In this document: positions 29,167 to 43,629 of the stretch, piece after piece
Numbering within the stretch: the first letter of the stretch is position 1
How the letters are laid out: every line of letters begins with the position of its first letter
Origin: Octopus vulgaris
Lineage: Eukaryota
Assembly: GCA_951406725.2 (NCBI GenBank)
Contig: OX597816.1
Coordinates: forward strand, 59,148,001 to 59,212,000
Length of the DNA stretch: 64,000 bases
Reading direction: 5' to 3'
Program-made: the position numbers and the translations under genes
The notes under the pieces: generated by a model
Database searches by the model: none
Told to the model about the DNA's origin: nothing
What the model saw: only the letters and a program-made list of their open reading frames with translations

Positions 29167-30442
29167 CGAGGGGCGTTCAATAAGTAATGCCTCTGACCCA
29201 CTTGCAGTTGTTTGATCTAGCTGAAATTTTGCATGTGCAATTATTGATATCTCTATAGATTAAGTGGCAAATTACAGCTCCGAACTAATTGTGGTTTCTG
29301 ATTTACAGGTGTTTGAAATGAGTCAAGTGGGAAATGGAGCATGTTGAGTGTCGAGCAGTGATCCGGTTTTTGTATTTGAAATGATGCACACCACAGGAGA
29401 CTTTTAAGGAAATGAAAGTAACTTATGGTGATGATGCCCCATCATATGACCTTGTAAAACGCTGGCATCATGAATTCAAACATGGTTGGAACTCTGTGGA
29501 AACAGCTCCCAGATCTGGTCGCACCCCTTCTGCCATTGATGAGGTATCTGTCCGTCAAGTTGAGGCTGCCATTTTGGAAGATCGACGCATAACTATTCGC
29601 CAAATAGCCCATGAGGTCAAGATTAGTACCGGGTCTGTGGAAACTATCATTCATGACTATTTGCATATGCAAAAGGTGTCTGCCAGATGGATTTCCAGGT
29701 TGCTCACACTTTTCCAGAAGCAAGAACGCAAGAATTCCAGAAGCAAGAATTTAGGGATGTGCCAAGAAGATGAGTCAAAATTTTTCAAAAGACTGATTAC
29801 ACAGGATGAGACCTGGGTCCATCACTATGATCCAGAGACCAAAGCCCAGTCAACGCAGTGGAAGCACCATGACTCACCTCCTCCAAAGAAGGCAAGGGTG
29901 CAGCCCTCCGCTGGCAAGGTCATGCTCACAGTCTTCTGGGACCAGGACGGAGTAGTGATGACAGATTTCCTGGCAAAGGGTACCACAATTACAGGAGCCT
30001 ATCATGTTTCACTTTTGAGGAAATTAAGAGAAGCTATCGAAACCAAGAGGCGGGGCAAGATCAGCAAAGGCATCCTCCTCCGGTCCACAACTCGCGTGTC
30101 GCCAGATCAGAAGCACAGGCATGCGGCTATGAACTCTTCCCCCATCCCCCTACTCTCCTGACCTTGCACCCTCTGATTTTCACCTCTTCCCAGCCATGAA
30201 GTTGTTTTTGAAAGGAAAGCGTTTCCCAGATGATGCAGCCTTGATTTCTGAAGTCACGTCGTGGTTGGAGGACCAAGCTGGGGTCTTCTACGAAAACGGT
30301 CTCCAGAACTGCATCAAACGATGGGAGAAATGCGTACCTCTGGGTTGTTCCTATGTAGAAAAAGACTAATACCTGTGCCAAGTTTCGTTGCTCTACTGCT
30401 ATGGGAAGTGGGTCAGGGGCATTACTTATTGAACGCCCCTCG
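29167..30442 (+). mobile_element. Mariner (DD34D) transposon, 1276 bp, relatively young but disrupted
   Basis: TIRs cgaggggcgttcaataagtaatgcc / ggcattacttattgaacgcccctcg with TA flanks. Motifs ITQDETWVHHYDPETK, KVMLTVFWD and HPPYSPDLAPSDFHLF. A stop near 29382 and a deletion/frameshift near 30080 remove the second Asp motif. Confidence 0.95.
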
Positions 30443-30526
30443 TATATATATATGAATATGTATATATATATGTGTGTGAATATGTATATATTGTATATGT
30501 ATATATGTGTGTGAATATGTATATAT

Positions 30527-31809
30527 GTGGAAGTGATATATCTCGACTTTGCAAAGGCCTTTGATAAAGTCGATCATGGAATGATATGTCACAAACTGCG
30601 TGATCTCAACATAGTTGGAAAACTGGGAGAATGGCTTCATGACTTTCTGAAGGATAGAAGTCAGGTGGTAGTAGCCAATGGGGCCACCTCCATTAACACA
30701 CAAATAGTGAGCGGTGTTCCGCAGGGCACTGTTCTGGGACCACTACTGTTCATAATGGCCCTCTCAGACATGCCCTCAGCCACGCAGAGAGCCACGATCA
30801 CAAGTTATGCAGATGATACAAAAGTTTCACAGGCAATACAGAACCCTGAGGACACTAAACACCTGCAATGTGAGCTGGACGAAATATACAAGTGGGCTGA
30901 AAAGAATAGCATGCAGTTCAATGCTGGAAAGTTTCAAGCTTTATACTATCAGCATGCAAAACTGAATGCAATACCCAATGAATACACTGGACCCGGAGGG
31001 ATTGCAATCCCAGAGGCACAATCAGTGCGTGACCTGGGTATTCACATGAGTGATGACGCGACCTTTCATGTACATGTTGCTAAACTGACAATGAAATGTA
31101 GACGGCTGGCTGGATGGATTCTTAGAACCTTTAGAACAAGAGAACAAGAAACCATGATGGTCCTCTGGAAGACACTTGTCCTAAGCCACTTTGACTATTG
31201 CTCTCAGCTATGGTCACCATCCAGTGTCAAGTTGATCACAGAACTTGAGGCGATCCAACGAAGCTACACAAAGAAGATAGCCTCTATGCAGAATGTAAGC
31301 TACTGGGAAAGACTCAAGAGATTAAAATTATATTCTCTGGAGCGTAGGCGGGAAAGATATGCCATAATATACATCTGGAAGATCCTGGAGGGAAGTGTCC
31401 TGAACTTTGGCATCGAGAGTTACGCAAATGCCAGAACTGGGCGCCACTGCGTGGTGCCTAGGACTCCAAACCTGCCATCAAGATGTAGGACAAGATTCTG
31501 TGATAGCCTGGGCTTCCGAGGCCCACAGCTCTTCAATATCCTCCCGAAGAACCTGAGAGACCTGCATGGGGTGGATACAGATGTCATTAAAATGAAGCTG
31601 GATCTCTTCCTGTCAGGTGTCCCAGATGAACCAACTTCACGGCAGGAGGGGCAGATGAGGGCAGCTGCATCGAACTCTCTCATGCACCAAATAGCAGTTG
31701 CTAGAAAGCCTCCATGAAGTGAAACCAAGTAGCAACACCAAATGGCGGTGCCCCAGCATGGCCACAGCTCATAAGCTGAAACTAGAATCAATCAATCAAT
31801 CAATCAATC
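30527..31809 (+). mobile_element. 5'-truncated CR1/L2-group LINE with uninterrupted 396 aa RT C-terminal half
   Basis: YLDFAKAFDKVDH, SGVPQGTVLGPLLF, YADDTK, RDLG and YWERLKRLKLYSLERRR. Short 3' UTR with stem-loop and (AATC)n tail. Confidence 0.95.
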
Positions 31810-31840
31810 ATATATATATATATATATATATTGTGTGTGA

Positions 31841-31895
<55 letters not shown>

Positions 31896-32079
31896 AATAT
31901 GTATCTTTATATATATATATATGAATATGCATATGTGTATGTATATATATATATATGAATATGCATATATGTAATATATACATACATGCATATACATATA
32001 CATACATATATATACATATACACATACATGGATATATACATATGCACATACATGGGTATATACATACACACACACATGC

Positions 32080-32116
<37 letters not shown>

Positions 32117-32150
32117 TACATATACGTGGAGATATATATATATATACACA

Positions 32151-32183
<33 letters not shown>

Positions 32184-32236
32184 TAAACACATAGTTGCAT
32201 ATATATATACACACACATGCACACGAATGCATATCT

Positions 32237-32431
32237 GAGTCTGCCAAATGTCGATCCAACAGAGGGACCAGCTATTCGAATTCACAGTACCTTGGTAGAT
32301 AAAGCAATTAAGGGTATGCAAACAGGGAAAGCTCCCAGACCATCAAGAATCACTGCTTAGTCTCATCCCCCATATAGCTAACACATCACACATGAAGGAG
32401 TCAGCAGCACCATAGTCAACTGCTACAAAGG
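32237..32431 (+). mobile_element. Internal RTE fragment
   Basis: Reverse complement of parts of 26690-26930 (gagtctgcc..atgtcga.ccaacagag..ttggtagataa.gcaatta..acagggaaagc). Confidence 0.75.
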
Positions 32432-32488
32432 TGCATTTTCAACAACTATATTTTTTGCCTATATTTTGTCCTGCATGGAAACACACCA

Positions 32489-32550
<62 letters not shown>

Positions 32551-32681
32551 CACATATATATATATACACATATATATATACACACACACACATATATATA
32601 TACACATATATATATACATACACACATATATATATATATATACATACACACACATATATATATACACATATATATATACAT

Positions 32682-32726
<45 letters not shown>

Positions 32727-32811
32727 TCCATATCTCTCTCTCTCTCTCTATATATATATCATCATCATCATATATATATATACATATGCACATATATATA
32801 TATGTATACAT

Positions 32812-32858
<47 letters not shown>

Positions 32859-33041
32859 CCCACACACACATATGCACATATATATATATACATATGTACA
32901 TATACACTCACACGCACATTATATATATATATATATATACACATATACATATATACCTATATACATACATACCTATATACATATGTACATACGTATATAT
33001 ATATATATATGTATGTATTATATATATATATATGTATGTAA

Positions 33042-33078
<37 letters not shown>

Positions 33079-33989
33079 TACATACCTATATACATAAATA
33101 TACACACATATACATACATACCTATATACATATATATACACATATATATACATATGTACATATATATACACATATACATACCTATATATATATATATTTT
33201 ATATGTAGAAAAATACAAACTGGGACAAGAACGTAAAACATTTAGAAGACGATACAAAAAACACGGACGGGACACTCGAAGCCTTCAATCTTCAGTCAAG
33301 AACCGGATCATCTTCGCAACTATTAGTAGCTCGTACCCTTATGCTGTGTATATTAAATGATATATATATATGTATGTATGTATGTGTGTGTGTGTGTGTA
33401 TGTGTGTGTTTGTATATATATATCACACATATACACATGTATATACACGTGTGTGTGTGTGTACGTCTATGTGTGTACATATACACACAGGAAACTTCAG
33501 TGGAGGAAGATTGCTAACAGCCTGAATAAAATCTGAAAAATAGTGAAAAATCCCACTGGAAAGAAAACTGTATCAATCCCATGAAAAAACAGATAAGGTG
33601 TCCTGGATTACAGAAAATATTAAGTCAAGCCCTAAAGCTTTCTTTAACTTTGTGAAAGAAACAACCACAGTATGAATAAAGATGAATTCCTGATGTATAT
33701 CCTGTAGCGAGAGCATTTCAACAGTTTGATGGCACCAGGGAGCCAAAATCTGTAGATAAGCTTTACACACCATTCGACAAGGTGTGTGTGTGATTACTTC
33801 AATGTAATCTAATATTGCTTTTCTTCCATAATGTATCTAACATCAAAAAATGGCAAACCAAGGCTGAAAGAATAGAAGTGACCTGAAGAGAGGAATAAAA
33901 GGCAATGGCAGACAGTGTGTGCCAGCAAGAATAGCAAGGCCATTTTTGACAAAGCTCCCAGTAAGGAAGGAGTTGACAGGCAGCAACTT

Positions 33990-34920
33990 TGATGTTGACA
34001 CTGTGGGTGCTACGAAGACCCAATTGCAGTAAACAAAGTGTGAGGGATACTGATTTCATTGAGGGAGTTGAATAGTTCATTGAGGAAGACCCCTTCATTG
34101 GGATACATGAGATTGCCAGGCAATTGGGCTGTGGTGAGAATACTGTTTGGATTTGAGTGAATGGAAGACCTTCATTACAAGCTGTACAAGATGCAGAAAA
34201 GGCAACTGCTCATTCAGAAGTCCAAGGAGAACTGTGTAAAGAGGACCAAGTAGCTGTTGAACAAGTTGAGGCATTCCCTTGGAATCAAACATGGTTTTTC
34301 TCAGACAGAAAAAAAAAATACATGGCAGAACAAGGTACATAACATAGAATAACAGGTGGTTAGCAGTTGGCTCCTTGTAATGTCTACCAAATTTCCTGCC
34401 CACATCATGGTTTTCAGCATGATCAACCATGAGGGATATGTCACGCTCCCTCACATCTTTAATGTGGGCCTGAAGGTGAATAAATGCATTAAGGGTTTTT
34501 AGAGTAAAGCCCTTAACTGTAGAGGTGGCAGGGGAAATACCTGGCAAAATTCTACACCTTCACACACAGCCAGCAAGACTCAGAAGTAACTCTCAGACAC
34601 GAAGAGCCATGTCAGTCTGGATATGTTGTCTCCTAACTCTCCAAACTGCAATCCTCTGGACTATTTTTTTCTAGGGTGAACTTGAGTACTGCATCTGTTT
34701 GGCATTCCATAATTTGTCAGTTGCAACCATGAAATGTGGCTGTTCCTGATTCTGCAGTTGCCTCGAATAGATTATCAAAGCTGGCAGAGATGATATTGAA
34801 TAATCATGTAGTATGCAGGTCCAGTGACTGTGTGTATCTTTAGTTCTCACTAAATCTTAAAAGATAAGCATTTTATCTCTCTTTTCCTGAACTTTGCCAC
34901 CTGCATCAATTCTATGACTG
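33990..34920 (+). mobile_element. Degenerate Tc1/mariner-superfamily (maT/DD37D-like) transposase remnant
   Basis: WFFSD.KK near 34290, P.HTASKTQK near 34557 and SPNSPNCNPLDYF near 34629. Confidence 0.6.
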
Positions 34921-37539
34921 CACCATGTGCATGTATGTGCATATGCGTGTGTCATCACCATCTTAACCTCAACTTTTCATTGCTTGCATGCATTGGATAG
35001 AACTGATTGAAGATCTAGAGCCAAATGTCCACCTCAAACTTGTTTCCAAGTAAAGTAATATTTCCTCATGACCAGGTATGTTTTCACAGAATATTGAAAA
35101 TGTGTGACACTGCTTTAACAAGAAAAGGAGACACACATATTTCTGTACACATATACAAAATCACTAGGCTTTAGTTGACTCAGGGATATGGTAGAAGATA
35201 TGCGCCAAAGGTATCACAGAATGGGACTGAATCAAAACTCTGTGTTTGGGAAGCAAACTTCTTAGCACAGCTATGCCTATGTGTATGCATAACACACACA
35301 GAGGCTTGCCCATTACAGGTGCTGGTGCCACATAAAATGCACTTGCTGCATAAATGTACCCAGGCAAGTGGCACGAAAAAGCACCCAGCTTACACTGTAA
35401 AGTGGTTAGCATTAGTAAGGACATCCAACTGAAGAAACTATGCCACAACAGACAATTTGGAGTCTGGACAGCTTACCGACTGGCCAGCTTCTATCAAACT
35501 GTCCCACCTATACCAGCATGGAAAACAGATATTAAACGATGATGATGATATATAATACAACATGTATATGAATGGACTAAAAAAAAACATTACAACCGAG
35601 CTAAATTAAAATTAAATTATACAATAAGTAAGTAAATAGCTTTCTTGTTAGCTATTAGTAAAATAGTTAAAACCCACTGTGTCAAAATGGTATTATAGTA
35701 AAATACACTATGACTTAGGTAAGTCTAGAGGCAACAAAGCTGTAAGTATTCAACATTAGTTCAAAAGAAGCATTTCCTCAACTGCTACAAGTTAATGGAA
35801 GAAACAGAAATGTGATATGCTGGGATTCAATAATTTGCAATCCCTGAAATGAGAAAGTGGTCAGAAATGGACATAATCATGTTAAGTAAAAGTTGTTAAT
35901 AAGCAGGAGGGTACTAGAGATTAAGGGTGAAAAAAACTAAAAATTTAGGTGAAAGGACAAAAAACTAATAGGAAATTGTAATGAAGTGAAGAGCTACAGG
36001 AATGGGATCCTCCAAACAATTGGATACCCCTTCCATGGGTATAGTGAATGATACCTTAAAATAAAAATAGAGTTTATCTATGGGGGTTAGAAATAAAAAC
36101 TGGATTGTGAACTGTTCATAGCAGAAAAATGAGGAGCTCATCAAGGGTTGTGGAGAGCACCTTTACCAAACCGTCAAGTAAATGGCAGAATACATTCTAA
36201 AATAGGAAGGGGTTAACATGCATTCTAATCGATCTCAGGTGAACATATCGAAGATTGAGGAAACTCTGCGGATGTAACATCTTGGGATCAAAAGCATATC
36301 AACTTAAGAAATGGAATAAATATATAAAGGTAGAAATGTAGACATAAACATCTCAAAGTAGTTTTGAAATCAAAATTTCAAAAATTATCCCCTAAGATAT
36401 CAGAATATGCATCAATGTTGAAACATAACAATATTAAGATACACGCAAATATTAAAATTACAACAAATATTGAAATATTAAAACCATAAGATATGAACAA
36501 TGCTACGAGATGTAGGTAAACATAATAAAGCATAAGAAAAATACCAGAAAAACATTACAGAAAATATCAGAAAAAAATGTCATGTCACAGTATGCTAGGA
36601 GCAACGTTTATGTGTGGAACTGGAGATATTCAAATGTGGGAGTAACGATAGATCCTATGTGGTGTGAATGATCAAATGACTGAACAGAAGATTGAGCCGG
36701 ATATATATCAGTTTAGTCTGCATAGGTTGGAGCAGGTTAGAAGTGATATGTCCTAACTAATACTATCTACTTCAACAACTAACTGAGTTTCTATGAAAGA
36801 ATCAGAATATAAAGGATTGTTGTTAAAAGTTTAAGATACTAAGGTTTAAAGCAAAAGTTTCAACAGAGACCCTCAGATGGAAGATGGGGAACCCTAAGCT
36901 AATGAAAGTTTTCCAAAAGTCCTATTGTATTTATACACACATCTTATTAAAACCTTGCTATGTTTGCTTACCAGATTATCCTAGTGCTTATTACTTTCAG
37001 ATTGAGTACAGTTGATGGGTGGATGTAGTAAATGATGGACTAAGATGGAGAGACGTATGAGAGAGTAAGTGATGACTGACAATACACAATGGGTGAAGAG
37101 CAACAGCATAGTAGTAATGATACAGTAGACATGAGTGTGGGTACATACACTGGCACGTGAGGAGAGAGGAAGTTATAGTGCATGGAGAAAGTAAGAGATG
37201 TATGGTGCAGGAGAGATAATTTGGCAAAAGAGAGTCGTCAATGTAAAAGGTGAGTGAAGAAGGGTAGTATTAACAATGAAGGACGGATATCAAGAGACAT
37301 GGTTCCACTTAGTGGGAAAGATAACTAGTGTCACATAAACAAATGATGAAACAAGCAGTTCTGCTCACGTTAAATTACAGGAGCAAAATAATATTGTATG
37401 ATAAGGTTATGCAAACGTCAGTGATAGAGAGATAACGTCTCAAGTGTAACTTGGCCAAGTAGTCCAGTAGTGTGCACACATGCACACACCAGAATTCTAA
37501 GTTTTGCTGAGATAGACATGGCTTCATGACTTATATATC

Positions 37540-37935
37540 ACTAACCATCTTGGTCCCTTGCCATCTCCTACATATCGTTCAAGATCCAGAGATCAAGCTT
37601 CAACACTTTGTCACATCTTCCAGGGTTTCTCTCTCCAATAAGCACTGTCCAAAGGTTCCCTCATCCATACATACCACATGTCCATAAAAGCACACAGTCT
37701 TCTTTCTTGCATACTACATCTTATTCCTTTTATTCCCAGTTTTCTGTGAACAAATCCATATTGAGTTGTGCAAATTACAATTCTAACATAGCACAGTAGC
37801 TTAATTTCTTTCTAGTATCAACAAGTCTTTGCATTCAAGGACACTGAGTCAGTATTATAAATCGCAGTAGTAATACAAGTGTCATACAAGCTGGCATTCA
37901 CTATGAAGCAAAAGATAATTGCTGCCAGGAGCTTC
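37540..37935 (-). mobile_element. Degenerate RTE 3' fragment
   Basis: Colinear similarity to 25330-25750 (gatcaagcttcaacac..gtccaaaggttccctc..ataccacatg..ctcttgcatac-like). Confidence 0.5.
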
Positions 37936-38899
37936 TTTGACTCAAACTTATTTTCTTACACTGGCTACTAAACTTTCAATGTACCTACATTTCTTGCTAT
38001 TTAAGCCTTCTACGTAACAAAAGTTATCAACAAATTCTAGTGCACAATCTGAGAATTTGAGAGAAACTATTTCTGGTGTGGTCATAATACATAATGTTCC
38101 AGTACATCTGTCACATATAACATTTACTTCTCCAGCCTCTCTCTCTCTCTGTCTCACACACACACTAGATATGCAAAATGCCATGAAAAAAGAAACAGTA
38201 CACTCTGTAAATGGTTCAACATTAGGATAGGCATCAACCATAGGAACCATGTTAAAGAAAACACTGGAACTTAGTACAATCTTCTGGCTCATTGGTTCTG
38301 GCTGAACTGTGCAATCCATGCCAGTATGAAAAATGTTAAACAATAATGATAATATCGTATAACATATATATAAACACAATATATAGATAGAAAGAAAGAA
38401 AGAAAGAAAGAGCGTACGTACGTTCTCTCTCTCTCTCACACACATACATACATACATACATACAATAAGCTCAGACATGGCTGTATGGCAATAACTTTGC
38501 TTCAAAACTATATGGTTCTAGATTCGGTCCTGCTGTGTGGCATCTTGGGTAATTGTCTTCTACTATAGTTCCAGGCCAAACAAAGCTTTGTGAATGGATT
38601 TGATAAACGGACGCTAAAAGAAGCCAATTATGTGCATCTCCTTATCTTGACATTGCATGATAGTTGTAAATAATTGTCAGTCAAACAAGCAGCGGCAGAA
38701 CACTACCTTTCCTGAAAACAGGTGAGGGGTTGGTGACATCCAGCCATAGAAAATCTGCCTCAACAAAATTCCATCCAACTCATGTAAGTAATGAGAAATG
38801 AATGTTAAAATGATGGTGACGATCATGCAAGTATCTATAGATGTTTGCGTGCATGTACATATATATGCTCACACATAACTGCCACTACAACAAGAAGAT

Positions 38900-39335
38900 T
38901 ACTTCTGGGGCAACAGATGGATTACTATGAGAGGCTAAAGAAGCTGAAAAGCCTTCCTAGAGAAAAGATATCAAAGACAGGCAGTTATATGGAAGATCCT
39001 GAAAGGTCTGGCATCCAAATTTTGGGATTGAAAGCTACACCAGTCATAGCACTGGATGCTACTACATAATACTGAAGATCTTCCTCTCTCTCTGTCCATC
39101 ATAAGAACTCAATATTCTAACAGCTCAGTGGTCAAAGACCTGCAACTTTTTAGTAGTTTGCCAAAAGACCTCAGAGATCTACAAGTTGTGGATTTGTCCA
39201 AAGAACAATACAAATAAGGATAGCTATGTCCAACTCATTACCTCAACAGCACTACGGGAGAACTGAGTTTAAAATAGACAGGCATTAGCACTAATGGCAG
39301 TGCCACAAGATGACCAGAATCTTTGGTTGAAACCA
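38900..39335 (+). mobile_element. Degenerate CR1/L2-like LINE 3' fragment
   Basis: MDYYERLKKLK, IWKILKG and LFSSLPKDLRDL are similar to the LINE at 30527-31809. Confidence 0.65.
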
Positions 39336-39368
39336 ATAATAGAATAGAATAAAGAGAGAGAGAGAGAG

Positions 39369-39465
<97 letters not shown>

Positions 39466-39479
39466 TCTCTCTCTCTCTC

Positions 39480-39850
39480 TATCATTCATTTCAGTCATTG
39501 GGCTGCAGCTGTGTTGGGGTGGCACCCTGAAGGGTTTAGTTGAATAAATTAACTCCACCACTTATTTTTAAGCCTGGTACTTATCATATCAGTCATTTTT
39601 GCTAAACTACTGAAACATAAACAAATTAATGATAGTCGTCAAGCAGTGATGTTGGATGGACACAAAAGCGCATGCACGCGCGCACAAACACACAATGTAT
39701 TTCCCTTCATTTCCATTCAGATCCATTCACAAGGCTTTGGTTGGCTTGGGGCTTTAGTAGCATACATTTGCCTAAGGTGTCACACAGTAGAACTGAACCC
39801 AAGACCACATTGGGAAACCAGCCTCTTAATTACACAACCATGCTTGCACC
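39480..39850 (-). mobile_element. tRNA-SINE (reverse) with LINE-like tail
   Basis: Head at 39710-39850 and tail at 39480-39640 are reverse-complement homologs of 2069-2485. Confidence 0.6.
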
Positions 39851-39908
39851 TATGGAAATATAAAGACGGGTAGTAAGGAAGGATTATTTTTACACACACA
39901 CACATATA

Positions 39909-41183
39909 TTGGGTCATCTCATAAATAATGCAGTTTTTTCAATTGCATAAACTAGAAGTTGGAGGAGACGGGAAAAATTGCCTGCATCAACTTGCTATAA
40001 AAGCAGGTATCAATTTTACCTTGAACTTATTCTTAGTGCAAGTTTTGAAGAGTACAGTTTGATTTCAACATTTATTTTTTCAAAGCTACAATGGGAATGA
40101 CAAAGTAGCATATTGAGCATATTTTGCTTTATGAATTCAATAAAGCAACAACACAACCGAAAGTGTGAGGAATATTAATGCAGTATATGGGGATCTGACA
40201 ATAAGTATAAACCAGTGTCAACAGTGGTTCCAGAAATTCCAAGCCAGAAATTACAGATTACAAGACGAGCCTCATCCTGGAAGATCTGTAGAGCTGACAA
40301 GGACGTCCTGCAAATCCTCATGGAACAAAATCCCATCATAACTATTCAGGAACAAGTGGAGAAGCTTGGATTTGGTCATTCAACCATTCATTGACACCTG
40401 TATGCCATCGGAAAAGTCAGCAAATTGAGTCAATGGGTTCCTCACATACTTTCTGAGCCTAATCACACACGGAGAGTGAATTTGTTCTCTCCTTTGCTGT
40501 CACAGCTCATGAATGAAACTTTTTTTAACCAAATAGTGACTGGTGATGAGAAATGGGTTCTCTATAAAAATGCCAAGTGCTGAAGACAGTGGCTAAGGAA
40601 AGAAGAAACACTGGCACCCCAGGCTAAAAATGGTCATCACCCACATAAGGTGTTGTTATCTGCTTGGTAGGATATGAAAGGTTTAGTCCACTTTGAACTT
40701 TTAAGCCCAAACCAAATGATAACAAAGCAGATCTACTGTAAGCAGCTTGAGCGGCTTAAGTCAGTACCAGAAGAAAAACGACCATCTTTAGTTTCAAGAC
40801 GAAAGGTGTTCTTCCATCAGGATAATGCTCGGCCACATACAGCGAGGATGACATTCCAATGACTGGAGCAGTTTGAATGAGAAACAATGCCCCATCCACC
40901 ATATTTGCTGGACATTGCCCCATCTGATTATCATTTATTACACAGCCTTCAAAATTATTTAGGTGGAAAAAATATGAATTCTGTAGCTGAAGTCAGAACA
41001 GTACTGGAGGAGTATTTTTCATCGCGGACAAATGAATATTGGAATAGGGGCCTTGCAAGTCAACCAGATTGATGGAAGAGCATTGTAGGAAATTAAGGAG
41101 AGTATATTTTAGAATTTTGCTTATCTTAATTTTGAAAGATAAAAGAAAAAGAAAAAAAACGCATTATTTATGGGATGATCCGA
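39909..41183 (+). mobile_element. Mariner (DD34D) transposon, 1275 bp, inactive
   Basis: TIRs ttgggtcatctcataaataatgc / gcattatttatgggatgatccga with TA flanks. Motifs IVTGDEKWVLY, FHQDNARPH and HPPYLLDIAPSDYHL. Many stops. TIRs differ from the 29167 element, so a separate family. Confidence 0.92.
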
Positions 41184-41994
41184 TATATAAATATATAAAA
41201 GTCATATATATGTGTGTGTGTGCATAACCTAGGAATCAACATGAGTAGCAGTTGCAATATCCCGCCAGTCTTGAGTTGTCTGAATGCAATGTTTGTGAGT
41301 TGATACAAGAGTGCTTTAAACTTGTCAACATTGAAATGCATATCATTTTCTACAGACCACTCATATATAGTTTTGAAATACGTTCAGGATACCTGATTGC
41401 TTTTGACACTTTCATATCATCAACATAGCTAGTAAGAATAGCTGGCTGTACAGCTGAGGGCTTGTCTGAGAGACATCACAAAGAGTAGTGGTCGCAACAC
41501 TTCCCTGAAGGGTTCCACTTAGTGTTGATGCCTTCTCAGAGAGTACCATTTGCAAAGATTGTTTGTCATGCAGCCACTTGTCTATCTTAACCTTTGCAAA
41601 CAGCACATATCCATACGCCCTTTTTACAGCATTTCAACAATCTCATTGGACCAGTCTTTCATTGTGCCAACATTGACTGTGGCAGCTCTAAGGATGAGGA
41701 CTTCACAAGAATGAGGGGTCACTGGAGTATTGTTCTAAACTTCTGAAAAGAAGAGCTCTGTAAATGTGTGCTTGCAGGCAGTGAACCCTTGCACATGCCC
41801 TGTAAAATAAGGTATTTGTTATTCAATGAATTACTCTTTCACTAAAACCTGCTAAACCTTCTGGGACAAGTACATGCAAACAGAGAGAAGAGCTGAGAGA
41901 GAGAGAGAGAAAGAGAGAGTACCCACCCCCACACACATATCACATGCTTTTCATAGATATGTAGGCATAAATATGCATCCTCACATATACACAT

Positions 41995-42030
41995 GACTAA
42001 CATATAAACCTACACACACACACACACATG

Positions 42031-42066
<36 letters not shown>

Positions 42067-42484
42067 TAGATAGATAGATAGATATACATACATATATATA
42101 GATATACATACATACATATATATAGATATACATACATATATATATATAGGTATACATACATATATATATATAGATATACATACATATATATATATAGATA
42201 TATATATATACATACATATATACATATATATATATATACATACATACATATATATATATATACATACATACATATATATATATATACATACATATATATA
42301 TACATACATATATATATACATATATATATATACATACATATATATATATACATACATATATATAGATATACATATATATATATAGATATACATATATATA
42401 GATATACATATATATAGATATACATACATATATATAGATATACATATATATAGATATACATACATATATATAGATATACATACA

Positions 42485-42543
<59 letters not shown>

Positions 42544-43018
42544 ATATACATACATATATATATATACATACATATATATATATATACACACACACATATA
42601 TATATATACACATACATATATATATATACACATACATATATATATATACACACATACATATATATATATACACATACATATATACATACACATACATATA
42701 TACATACACATACATATATACATACACATACATATATACATACACATACATACATATATACACATACATACATATATACATACATACATATATACATACA
42801 TACATATATATATACATACATAAATATACATACATACATATATATATATACATACATATACATACATACATACATATATATATACATACATACATATATA
42901 CATACATATATATATACATACATATATATATACATACATACATATATACATACATACATACATATATATATATATACATACATACATCCATACATATATA
43001 TATATATACATACATACA
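41995..43018. repeat. About 1 kb compound microsatellite (TA/TACA/TAGA)
   Basis: Direct reading. Similar tracts at 27567-28120, 31810-32220, 32490-33200, 43355-44030, 46860-47230, 47460-47925 and 51666-52335. Confidence 0.95.
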
Positions 43019-43355
43019 TCATCATCATCGTTTAACGTCCGTTCTCCATGCTAGCATGGGTTGGACGGTTCGACCGGGGATCTGGGAAGCCAGAAGGCTG
43101 CACCAGGCTCCAGTCTTATCTGGCAGTGTTTCTACAGCTGGATGCCCTTCCTAACGCCAACCACTCCATGAGTGTAGTGGGTGCTTTTTACGTGCCACCT
43201 GCACAGGTGCCAGGCGAGGCTGGCAACGGCCACGGTCGGATTGGTGTATTTTATGTGCCACCGGCACAGAAGCCAGACGAGGCGGTGCTGGCATCGGCCA
43301 CGAGTCAGATGGTGCTTTTTACATACCACCAGACCAGGGATCCTGGCTGGTTCAA
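43017..43355 (-). mobile_element. RTE 3'-UTR-derived element
   Basis: Near-identical reverse complement of 28790-29115, with (CAT)n at the left end. Confidence 0.85.
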
Positions 43356-43519
43356 TTACATACATATATATATACATACATACATACATATATATATACA
43401 TACATACATACATATATACATACATACATACATACATATATACATACATACATACATACATATATACATACATACATATATACATACATACATACATATA
43501 TACATACATACATACATAT

Positions 43520-43550
<31 letters not shown>

Positions 43551-43559
43551 CATACATAT

Positions 43560-43590
<31 letters not shown>

Positions 43591-43629
43591 CATACATACA
43601 TACATACATATATATATATATACATACAT

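Noticed and set aside
33270-33325. CTGAAGA on the minus strand as another hammerhead
   Set aside because: No properly placed GAAA, stem III or cleavage triplet.
35900-36950. Non-repetitive block possibly of mobile-element origin (also 41240-41870 and 46150-46680)
   Set aside because: No ORF, terminal repeat or motif I could identify; needs a Dfam/tBLASTx search.
41981-43028. Long 333-344 aa Y/I/M/C/V-rich ORFs, and similar ones across 27-52 kb
   Set aside because: Translations of (TA)n/(CA)n/(TACA)n microsatellites, which lack stop codons.
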